This document shows, piece after piece, positions 55,776 to 64,000 of a DNA stretch of 64,000 nucleotides. Below the pieces are notes generated by a model, which was not told the origin of the DNA, did not search any database, and worked only from the letters and a program-made list of their open reading frames with translations. The stretch's first letter is position 1, and every line of letters starts with the position of its first letter. Origin of the DNA: an uncultured Planctomycetota bacterium (GTDB taxonomy: Bacteria > Planctomycetota > Planctomycetia > Isosphaerales > Isosphaeraceae). Made by a program: the position numbers and the translations under genes. The DNA lies in contig CAWGMQ010000007.1 of the NCBI GenBank assembly GCA_963823665.1, positions 992,001 through 1,056,000 of the forward strand. Reading direction: 5' to 3'.

Positions 55776-57258
55776 GGGCGAGCCATCTCCTCGGTGTCGG
55801 ACTCGGGAGCAATTACGTTATGATCGTTATGAAATTGGCCTCGATCTCGAGGCGCGCCGAGCGGCGTCCGGGAGGGGAGCCCGCACACATCGTCGGTGCA
55901 GGAAACGTCGCGCGCCCGAGAAGCGGCCATAACATTATAGAGAAGATCGCCCGGCCCACGCGAGCCCCGGGATCGATCCGATGAGCGCCGGAATCCAGAA
56001 CATCGGCAGACGCCAGCCGATTGCCAGCATGGCGTCAAATCCAGCCGAGACAACGCCTTGCGCGGTAACGGCGTGCATCGATCGCATACAGGCATCGCGA
56101 TTGAGGGACGGATGAATTCGTCCGGACGTCAACGGCCGTCAAATCGACAGGGCGGATCACGTGGTCGGGATCGGCCGATAGGATCAGCGCCGCCGAAGCC
56201 CGGCAACGTGGGCAAGCACCGTCGTAGAGAACAGTCAACCCAGGCTGGACCGGACCGGCGACAAGGCCACGCAGCCACGTACCCGACACGAACGCGAGAT
56301 TCGCAGCAAGCATCGCGAGAGCGAATTCGGCCAGGCCGGGATTCGTCACAGCGATTCCGACATGCATCGCGACAGCGCCGGTTAGCATCAGAGGGCGCAG
56401 AATCTTCACCCAGATGAGCACAGGGTAAAGCAATTCAAGCAACAGGCTCGTGTGCGTGAGCAGATTGACCACGATGGGCCACGAGGCAAGCGCCGTGAAG
56501 TTCAGCCCGACGAACTCAGCCGTCGTCATCGTTTTCCAGACGGCCACTCCAGTCCACCACGATGGGCCTTGCAGCTTCGCGAATCCAGCCATTGCGTAAA
56601 TCAACACGAGATGAATCTGAATCAGTCGCAGCGCCAGGTTTGCGGAGACGGTACGCTGCGGTACCCCGGTGCCATCGGGGCCGACCGGCGGCCTCGGACC
56701 AGCCTTGTGGCGGGCCGGCCGCCTTATCGCCGCCGCGAGTCCTCGCCTCGCCGCCAGCGCCGAAGAACCGGTCGAGCGAGACCGCTTGGCCGCTCGCTCC
56801 GGTCACCGCCAGGTACAGGAGCAAGGCCGAAAGAACCTGGTCGAAGCCGAACAACGCGACCGGAAGACGATTGACGGTCGACACCGTGATCATCCAGCTC
56901 AACACGGCTGTCACACGACTGAAAAGGCCGCATGCAAAGAGGAGTAGGATCCCAAGGCAAACCGCACCAGACCAGTCGCAGCCATCCGTCGGGAACCAGA
57001 AACCAGAATGACCACGACGTCGATCGCTCAAACGCCCTGATCGACCCTGGCTCGGCCCATCCGGTCGAGCCGAAAGTAGTCATGCAGGTCCAGCCCGAGA
57101 ACGAACAGGCTCCAGAAGGCCAGAAGCCCGACGGCAACGCGGATCACACCCACCGATGTCGGGTCCGCGACCGAGAAGAAGAAGTTGTTCCAGCCCTTGA
57201 CGGCGGCCGTCGTCAAATCGGCCGTGTAGGCCGTCAGGTCCTTCAAAAGCCGTCGCAC
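55772..57258 (-). CDS. HTTM (VKGC/SdpB-like) membrane domain fused to DCC1-like thiol-disulfide oxidoreductase (several frameshifts)
   Basis: WNNFFF..DPTSVGVIRVAVG, LIYAMAGFAKLQGPSWWTG, ELLYPVLIW..MHVGI, VLYDGACPRC (DxxCxxC), MHAVT..GFDA and C-terminal CTDDVC. Confidence 0.78.
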
Positions 57259-57859
57259 GGGTAATCTCCGATCCGCTCGGGGGTCGAAAACAGCGTCTCG
57301 CTGAACAGATCAAATCGACCGGCGCCGGGCGCCTCGATCGCTTGACGCACCTCTTCCATCTCCGGGATGAGATGATGCTGAAGATGGATCGTCACAACCT
57401 GGCAACCGGGATTGGTGAAGCACAGATGCCGGGCGAACGCCCGAGCGAGAGGACTCCGAGACGCGTCCCCGGTGTGCTGCCTGGTCTCCTCCACATCCCG
57501 GAACAACGCATTCGGCGAGCGCAAGCTGTCTTTGATGCCTCATGCGCGGACCGGGCACCCTCCGCCCGGGCAACCGCACGGTCTCCTCCGCCCGGCCATC
57601 ACCAAACCGCAACGTGGCTGTTACCACCGGCGTGGGTGGCGGCTCCACGTAGAAGCGATAAGCGTAACCCAGGTCCGCCAATCCATAGTACCAGGTGAAC
57701 AGATCGGCGATCGACCGCTCGAGCACCGACGAAGGCGGAACGGCAAGCCCGCCTGAAACCACGGCCACCAGGTGAAAAACCAGCACGCAACTTGTCGTGA
57801 CACGCGCCCAAACCGGCCACGAGCGCCACGCTCCGTCGCGGTTGAATCGAATTGCTCAC
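57243..57859 (-). CDS. HTTM-associated membrane protein (SdpA/DUF5819-like; frameshifts)
   Basis: VLVFHLVAV TM, YYGLADLGYAYRFYVEPPP and LARAFARHLC..C. Overlaps the HTTM gene start. GTG at 57859 after AGGAAAC. Confidence 0.55.
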
Positions 57860-58244
57860 GTTTCCTGGCCACAAAGCTTGCCCCTGGGTTACGCCTGTTG
57901 GCGGTGAATTGATGAACCATACCCGCCGGCCTGTGCTCAGGCCAGAAAGACCTCGACATTCCAGTAACTCCACGAACCCCAAATCATTCCCCAAATTATC
58001 CAATTAACCTTTTTAGTCCATTTTCACAAAATGATGTTGATTGTGGCGCATAATGGTCATTAGACTCTAGGAGGTTTGAGCAGACATTAATGAATATGGG
58101 CGACTTGACGGGTAGCCGAGCGTGCCCTGTGTGTGGGGATTGGAATGCTCGAAGGATGCCCGACCGTCTGTGGGTTGCACACGGAGTTCGGTGCCGGTCG
58201 CGGGTCGAACGATTCTCCTCGATTTCGCACCTGGGAGGGAAGTC

Positions 58245-58919
58245 ATGCAGGGTACGGTCATGATGCTGATGGCCCTGAGCGGTCTGGGCTGTCACAACAA
58301 GGGCTATGACGTGGTCTACGCCCCACCGACGTACAGCGGGTACGGCAGTGGCTGTTACGCGAATGTTTATCCCAACTTTGTGTCGCCACAGTCGTACACG
58401 GACGGTTATGTCGGTGGATACAGCGGATGTTACGCCAATGTTTATGGCGGTGGCTGCTTCGGCGGCGGCTGCTATGGCGGCGGGTTGTCGTCTTGCTATT
58501 CGGCCTGCTACGGCGGCGGCCATCACGGCTGCGGCCTGCTCGCGAGGCTGTTTAGCTGCTGCAGTTTCAAGAGACATGGTTGTTACAGCGCTGCCTATGG
58601 TGATGGGTTCGGCACTTACGGCGATTTCTATGGCGGGGCATACGGGTACGACTTGCCGTACTCGCCTTCGGTCAACGGCTACGCTCGGGCGTTCAACTAC
58701 GGTGTAGGTGCTCCTGGCGAAGCCGAGATGGGATACATGGGCGGCATGCAGGGCACGACGACTCCGTCGGAAGCTGCCCCCCCGGTACCCGCGAACCCGG
58801 CCAGCCCGGCCGCGCCGTCACCCACAACTCCTCCGGCTGCCGCTCCAGTGACGCCGGATACGTCACCTCCGCCCGCGCCCAAGCCGGCCATACCGAACCC
58901 GCCCAAGCCTAACACTTGA
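58245..58919 (+). CDS. Secreted or lipoprotein-like Gly/Tyr/Cys-repeat protein with Pro-rich tail
   Basis: GGGAGGG RBS, MQGTVMMLMALSGLGC, SGCYANVY x2, GGGCF/GGGCY/SSCY/SACY and a Pro/Ala/Thr tail. Confidence 0.78.
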   Translation: MQGTVMMLMALSGLGCHNKGYDVVYAPPTYSGYGSGCYANVYPNFVSPQSYTDGYVGGYSGCYANVYGGGCFGGGCYGGGLSSCYSACYGGGHHGCGLLARLFSCCSFKRHGCYSAAYGDGFGTYGDFYGGAYGYDLPYSPSVNGYARAFNYGVGAPGEAEMGYMGGMQGTTTPSEAAPPVPANPASPAAPSPTTPPAAAPVTPDTSPPPAPKPAIPNPPKPNT

Positions 58920-58963
58920 GCCTCGTTGCACGGGTCAGGGCGCGAATCGTCATTCGTCCGCAC

Positions 58964-59005
58964 AAGCGGGCCATCGCCAGATCGGCATGGCCCGCTTTTT
59001 TTTTT
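58964..59005 (+). terminator. Rho-independent terminator
   Basis: Stem AAGCGGGCCAT..ATGGCCCGCTT followed by a T10 run, about 45 nt after the stop at 58919. Confidence 0.85.
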
Positions 59006-59228
59006 GCGGGTGACGGAACCCAGGGGCGCTGAACGCCAAGTCCCGATTTCAGGGCTGCATACGTCCCGCGTAGGTGCACTCGCGCTCGCCTCACCGCGGA
59101 ACCCCCTCTGCAACAACCGCGAAAGGAAAGAGAGCCGAAACTCCCTGCTTGCGTACCGCAGGGTCGTCCAGGCATAATCGAGCATACACAACTCTCTGGC
59201 TGGATCGGTCATTCGTGCGAGGTCAGCC

Positions 59229-59844
59229 ATGAAGACGGAGTTTCACTGTCCGCGGTGCGGTCAGGTGTTTGGTGCGAGCGTGCACTCTTCCGCCGGTCGC
59301 GCAACGTGCGCCGGTTGCGGGCTCGTCCAGAGAATTCCAGAGGTCGTCCCGGCCCACGCTGTGGAGCCGGGTTGCTATCAACTCGCGCCGGTGGCGGTTG
59401 CGCCCTGGCTTCGCGGTCGGTCGGGCCTGAGCGACCGCAGGCTGAGCCGCTCGCAGCTCCGTCGTCGAGACTGCGCTGGTTGCAATTCCTCCGGCCGTGG
59501 GTTTTCGAGACGAGCCAGGTGCAGGGGATCGGAACCTGGCTCGTTATGTTGAGTGCGGCCGACTTGCTGATGACGTTCATGCTGTTGCGAAGGAGTGAGC
59601 TTTTTTTTGAGTCGAACCCGATCGCGCAGTGGTTCTTCGCGAAATGGAATATCACCGGCATGGTCTTCTTCAAATTCTCGATCATTGGCGGTGTGATCCT
59701 CTTGAGTGAAATCATCGAGCGCAAGCGCCGGGCTGGGGCCGCTTCGTCCTCCTGGTCGGATGTGTTGGAGCGGCATTTGCAGTTGTCCAGGGCGGCCGTC
59801 TCTATCTGGCCGACACGGTGCCAGTCGCGGTCGAAATGGATTGA
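59229..59844 (+). CDS. Zn-ribbon + DUF5658-like membrane protein (frameshifts)
   Basis: CPRC..CAGC, LSAADLLMTF.LL..FESNPIA.W..GMVFFKF. The final frame ends YLADTVPVAVEMD*. Confidence 0.6.
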
Positions 59845-60040
59845 GGGGCTGTCTCGATCGATCGAGAAGACCCGCAAGAGATTCCGCGCCGGGCTGATTT
59901 CTCGCTCGGGACGGAGTGCCACGGTCGAGCTATCGGCCGCTCGAGCCGAGTCGCCGCCAGTTTTGGTCGGTTCTTGCGGGCTCATCGGCGGGGGGATAGA
60001 TTGAATCTTCAATCAAACTTCACGGTCTTCGGTGAACGTG

Positions 60041-60792
60041 ATGCAAGTGATCCCGGCGATCGACCTGCGAGGAGGCTGTTGCGTCCGGCTTCGGCAAGGC
60101 GATTTCGACCAGGAGACGGTCTTCGGCGACGATCCCGCGGCGATGGCGTCTCGCTGGGAATCGGAGGGAGCGGAGCGAATTCACCTCGTGGATCTGGATG
60201 GCGCCAAGGCCGGGCGGCCGGTGAATGTCCAGGCCGTCGCCGAGATTCTTCGCCGCGTGCAGCGTCCCGTGTCAGCTCGGCGGTGGGCTCCGAGACGAAG
60301 CGACGATCGAAGCCTGGCTATCGGCTGGCCTCGATCGTGTGGTCATCGGCACGCAAGCTCTTCGCGACCCGGATTGGTTCGGGCGAATGGCCGAGCGCTT
60401 TCCAGGCCGCTTGATCCTGGGGCTCGACGCGCGGGACGGAAAAGTCGCGACCGGCGCCTGGGTCGACGTTTCAAGCATCACGGCCGCGTCGTTCGCCAGA
60501 CAGTTTGACTCGCTGCCACTGGCCGCCATCATCTTCACCGACATCGCCCGTGACGGCATGCTACAAGGCCCGAACGTGGAAGCAATCGCTGCTCTCGCCG
60601 GATCGGTGGCAGCCCCCGTGATTGCATCCGGAGGAATCGGCGAGCTGCTCGATCTCGAGCGACTCGCTGCGCTGCCGGTATCCGGTTGCATCGTTGGTCG
60701 AGCATTGTATGAGGGCCGCTTCACGCTGAGCCAGGCGATCCGCCATCTCCGCGCTTTCACCGAGGCCCTCCCGGCGCCCGAACGGCGCCTGA
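60041..60792 (+). CDS. hisA: ProFAR isomerase HisA (frameshifts ~60260 and ~60740)
   Basis: [54 protein letters not shown] and IVGRALY. Confidence 0.92.
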
Positions 60793-60875
60793 GAACGAAG
60801 TTCTGTCATCCCAGTCGTGCTGAATTCAGATCGCATCAAGGTCAGATCAACCACACGGATAGGGGAGCTCACGCG

Positions 60876-62954
60876 ATGACCACCACGTATCATGTCGCTG
60901 ATATCCGCAATGTCGCCCTGGCTGGACATGGGGCGTCGGGCAAGACCACGTTGGCCGACGCCCTTCTTTTTACGTCCGGGGCAATTAATCGCCGGGGCTC
61001 TGTCGACGACGGCACCAGCTCGCTTGACGTCGACGAGGAAGAGAAACGCCGCCACTTCACCATCGATTGCCACCTCGGGCACCTCGCCTGGGCCGGCAAG
61101 CAGGTCCACCTGATCGATACCCCGGGCTACCCCGATTTCATCGGCAGCGCACTCTGCGCACTCGCGGCAGTTGAAAACGTCGTCGTCGCAGTCTCGGGCC
61201 CGTCCGGCGTCGAGGTCAACACCCGGCGCGTCTTTCAAGAAGCCGGCCGGCTCGGCCTGGGCCGTTTCGTCGTGGTTACCAAGATGGATGCGGATAATGT
61301 CGACTACCGCAGCGACCTGGCGGCGATTCGTGAGACATTCGGCACGCTCTGCGTCCCCTTCAACGTCCCTGTGGGCCAGGGTGCAACGTTCGCCGGCGTG
61401 ATCGACGTGATCCAGTCCCATGATGAAGACCCCGCCCTCTGCCCCGTGGCCCCCTCCGAAGCCTATCGAATGGTCGTCGAGCAGATCGTCGAGCTCGACG
61501 AAGATCTGATGATGCGCTACCTCGAAGGCGAATCCGTCTCCCCCGACGAGCTGCGCAAGGCGGCGCACGACGCGATCGCGCAGGGCAAGCTCGTGCCCGT
61601 CCTGTGCGTCTGCACTCGCAAGGACCTGGGTCTCAAGGAGCTCCTCGACTTGATCACCACCTGCGGTCTCTCGCCGGCCGACATCCACCGCTTCGGCACG
61701 CGCGGCGAAGCGTCCGATGGCCCCGAGGAAGAAATCCTCCCGGCAGAGCAGGGCACCTTGGTCGCGCAGGTGTTCAAGACGGTCAACGATCAATTCATGG
61801 GCAAGTTGAGCTATTTGAGAATCCTGAGCGGCCGGCTGGCCAACGACACGACCATCGTCAACCTCCGCAGCGGCAAGACCACCAAGACAGGCCACATCTA
61901 CGTGATGCAGGGAAAGCAGCAGGAAGAGGTCACCGAAGCCATCGCCGGCGACATCGTCGCCATCGCCAAGTTCGACGATCTCCACGTCTCGGATACGATC
62001 AGCAACGTCGGCGGCAACACCGTCGTTTCCCAGCTTCGCGTCAAGCCCATCAAGTTTCCGATTCCCATGGTGCCCCGGGCCGTGCAACCCAAGGCTCGCG
62101 ACGACGAAGCGAAGATCTCCGCCGGCCTGGCCAAGATCGCCGACGAAGACCCGACGTTTTCGATTCGTCGCGACGCGCAGACTCACGAGCTGGTCATCTC
62201 CGGCATGAGCGACTTGCATCTGGACGTGATCCAGCAGCGCCTGAAGCACCGCCACAAGCTCGAGATGAACACGCACGTCCCGCAGGTCGCCTATCTCGAG
62301 ACGATCATTGGCGAGGCGGAAGCAAACCATCGGCACAAGAAACAGACCGGCGGTCGCGGTCAGTTCGGCGAGGTTCACCTCCGCGTTCGACCCCGCGAGC
62401 GCGGCAAGGGCTTCAGCTTCGTCGACGCCGTCAAGGGCGGAACGATTCCCAATCAATATATCCCCGCCTGCGAAAAGGGTGTCCGCGAACAGATGGAGAA
62501 GGGTGTCATCTCGGGCAACCAGGTCGTCGATACCGAAGTCGAGGTGTATTTCGGCAAAGACCATCCCGTCGATAGCTCGGAGCAAGCTTTCAAAACGGCC
62601 GCGGCCACCGCGTTCCGCAAAGCCTTCGAGCAAGCCAGGCCCGCTCTCCTGGAGCCGATCGTCACGATCGAGATCTCGGTTCCAGCCGAGAAATTCGGCG
62701 ACATTTCCGGCGACCTTTCCACCCGCCGCGGTCACATCACCGGAATGGACACGCTGGCGGGCAACCAGCAAGTGATCCGCGCCGAGGTCCCGCTCGCCGA
62801 AGTGCTGACGTACGCCTCTCAGCTAAAAAGCATGACCGGCGGCCAGGGCTCCTTCACGATGGATTTCAAGTCCTTCGACCCCGTTCCACCCAACGTCCAG
62901 CAACAGATCGTCGAGAGGTACAAGAAGAGCCGAGCGGGAATCGAAGAAGAATAG
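60876..62954 (+). CDS. fusA: Elongation factor G paralog (EF-G-like/EF-G2)
   Basis: GHGASGKTT, DTPGY.DF, EDPT, GMSDLHL, KKQTGGRGQFG, H.VDSSE.AF and LLEP. AGGGGAG RBS. Confidence 0.93.
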   Translation: MTTTYHVADIRNVALAGHGASGKTTLADALLFTSGAINRRGSVDDGTSSLDVDEEEKRRHFTIDCHLGHLAWAGKQVHLIDTPGYPDFIGSALCALAAVENVVVAVSGPSGVEVNTRRVFQEAGRLGLGRFVVVTKMDADNVDYRSDLAAIRETFGTLCVPFNVPVGQGATFAGVIDVIQSHDEDPALCPVAPSEAYRMVVEQIVELDEDLMMRYLEGESVSPDELRKAAHDAIAQGKLVPVLCVCTRKDLGLKELLDLITTCGLSPADIHRFGTRGEASDGPEEEILPAEQGTLVAQVFKTVNDQFMGKLSYLRILSGRLANDTTIVNLRSGKTTKTGHIYVMQGKQQEEVTEAIAGDIVAIAKFDDLHVSDTISNVGGNTVVSQLRVKPIKFPIPMVPRAVQPKARDDEAKISAGLAKIADEDPTFSIRRDAQTHELVISGMSDLHLDVIQQRLKHRHKLEMNTHVPQVAYLETIIGEAEANHRHKKQTGGRGQFGEVHLRVRPRERGKGFSFVDAVKGGTIPNQYIPACEKGVREQMEKGVISGNQVVDTEVEVYFGKDHPVDSSEQAFKTAAATAFRKAFEQARPALLEPIVTIEISVPAEKFGDISGDLSTRRGHITGMDTLAGNQQVIRAEVPLAEVLTYASQLKSMTGGQGSFTMDFKSFDPVPPNVQQQIVERYKKSRAGIEEE

Positions 62955-62980
62955 ACCGGTCAGACGCTGCGGCCATCCTT

Positions 62981-63010
62981 CCCCCCCTTGCAAAGGGGGG
63001 CCAGGGGGGG
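62981..63010. repeat. REP-like hairpin CCCCCCTTGCAAAGGGGGG, possible terminator after fusA
   Basis: C7/G6 stem, 27 nt after the stop codon. Confidence 0.6.
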
Positions 63011-63510
63011 TGAATGGCGACACCCGCCAGTGATCCGATCGACGCGCCGCATGCAAACGGTCGTGCGCCGAAAAGGTCACACACGCTCCAGACATCCTCT
63101 CAACAAAGCCGCTAGAGAAAGAAACACGAACCACTTCGAGAGCAGGATAATCGCCGTTCCGGGCCAAGACCAAAACTCGGGCGGGCGAATGCCGTCCTCC
63201 CTCCAGCGCCCACGAGTTCGTTTTGCATATTTGACGCGCGTCCTTTCCCTGTAAGGATTAAGGGAACTAACCCGGCATCCCTCCCGACCGTGTGGGGGAG
63301 GTGCCTCCGCAGGTTGAATTGGCATTCGTGCCGCCTAGTGGGAGAGGTGCCGCCGCAGGCAGCGGCGGGGGTCGCGCAGGCAAGACCGCAAAGCCCAATT
63401 TCCGGCCGCGTCGGTTTTCCGTATCCCCCTCGGATACAAGGTCACGTAGCGGCCTGCACTCTGTGGTCACCCGCACGACACACGCGTCGCACCTTCCAAA
63501 TAAGTAAAAG

Positions 63511-63540
63511 TGAATGGGACGAAATGGGACGAAATGGGAC
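63511..63540 (+). repeat. 10-bp tandem repeat GAAATGGGAC x3 (first copy imperfect)
   Basis: Seen directly in the sequence. Confidence 0.8.
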
Positions 63541-63853
63541 TGTTGACCCCAACGAAAGACTCATTTTGATTGCGGTTTCCAACCCCGTGTCACGGCTGGT
63601 CATCACGCCTTCGAGCACCAAGGAAATGCCCAGGAATAAGCCAAAAGACGGCATCCGGCTCGGGCGAGGCTCACCCGGTCCTCCGGGTGGAAAATCACCC
63701 TCACCGCGGGCGAAGACCGTCCCACGCTCGACGAGGCCAAAAAGTCGAAGGAGTTTCGCCACGCGCAATTCACTCGCGTTCCCGCAGCAAACGGCTACCC
63801 GGTCGCCCTTTGTCCCGCATGTTGAGAGTTGCTCGACCGCACCACTCGAACTT

Positions 63854-63970
63854 GTTCGGCGCGGGTCTCCGACCCCGCCGGGATTGTGACCGCGGGTCTC
63901 CGACTTCTTCGCCCGCCGACATCGCGGTCTTGTTTGGCGCGGGTGTCCGATCCCGGCAGGATTGTGGGCC
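63854..63970. repeat. GTTCGGCGCGGGTCTCCGACCCCGCCG-type repeats (one exact, degenerate copies follow)
   Basis: Reverse complement of 8618-8644, plus a degenerate copy tgtttggcgcgggtgtccgatcccggcaggattgtg. Confidence 0.75.
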
Positions 63971-64000
63971 TGATTCAAAGTCGGGTAACACTCCTGGGCA

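Noticed and set aside
58070..58244. Riboswitch in the long leader of the Cys-repeat gene
   Set aside because: I could not match any known aptamer consensus by eye. An Rfam/Infernal scan would be needed.
15984..62771. Long antisense ORFs (e.g. 15984-17825, 38737-40248, 60561-62771)
   Set aside because: Shadow frames of real high-GC genes with no recognisable motifs.
60225..62954. Apparent HisA-EF-G fusion ORF (909 aa)
   Set aside because: Removing one C at ~60740 ends hisA at TGA 60790-60792, and EF-G has its own RBS and ATG at 60876. Most likely an indel artefact.
63011..64000. Short ORFs in the terminal kilobase
   Set aside because: They translate through repeats and show no family motif. 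Treated as intergenic.

Overview
High-GC bacterial chromosomal DNA with a Planctomycete gene repertoire, probably Isosphaeraceae-like (inferred from gene content: DUF1559 prepilin-like remnant, BlaI/M56 pair, multidomain Ser/Thr kinases, ECF sigma factor, several families of short palindromic repeats). About a dozen genes, including housekeeping hisA, are broken by single-base frameshifts, most likely uncorrected long-read indels, so I joined the pieces by eye. Main blocks: (1) cbrC-like gene, fused membrane/spermidine-synthase gene and a BlaI-M56/TlpA unit (0-7.4 kb). (2) A ~20 kb envelope operon: giant PQQ-propeller/TPR protein, MoxR, DUF58, two VWA proteins, a giant coiled-coil protein, a linker protein, two near-identical prenyltransferase-repeat proteins and an NPCBM protein, followed by a sensor-less histidine kinase and hisH (9.4-30.7 kb). 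(3) An FHA pseudokinase-like gene, an RDD protein, a large kinase-DUF1080-WD40-TPR protein, penicillin acylase and htpG. (4) Three secreted Gly/Cys/His/Tyr/Pro-rich proteins, two internally deleted pseudogenes, cytochrome c' and an aminotransferase. (5) A minus-strand run of SdpA-like partner, HTTM-DCC1 fusion, small protein, Rrf2, ECF sigma, M16 peptidase and TlpA, divergent from a Cys/Gly/Tyr-repeat secreted protein. (6) A DUF5658-like gene, hisA and an EF-G paralog. The best candidates for an undescribed system are the HTTM-DCC1/SdpA-like/Cys-repeat locus and the MoxR-VWA-prenyltransferase-repeat operon. No rRNA, tRNA, CRISPR array or transposase was recognised. Family names are from my own motif recognition, not database searches.
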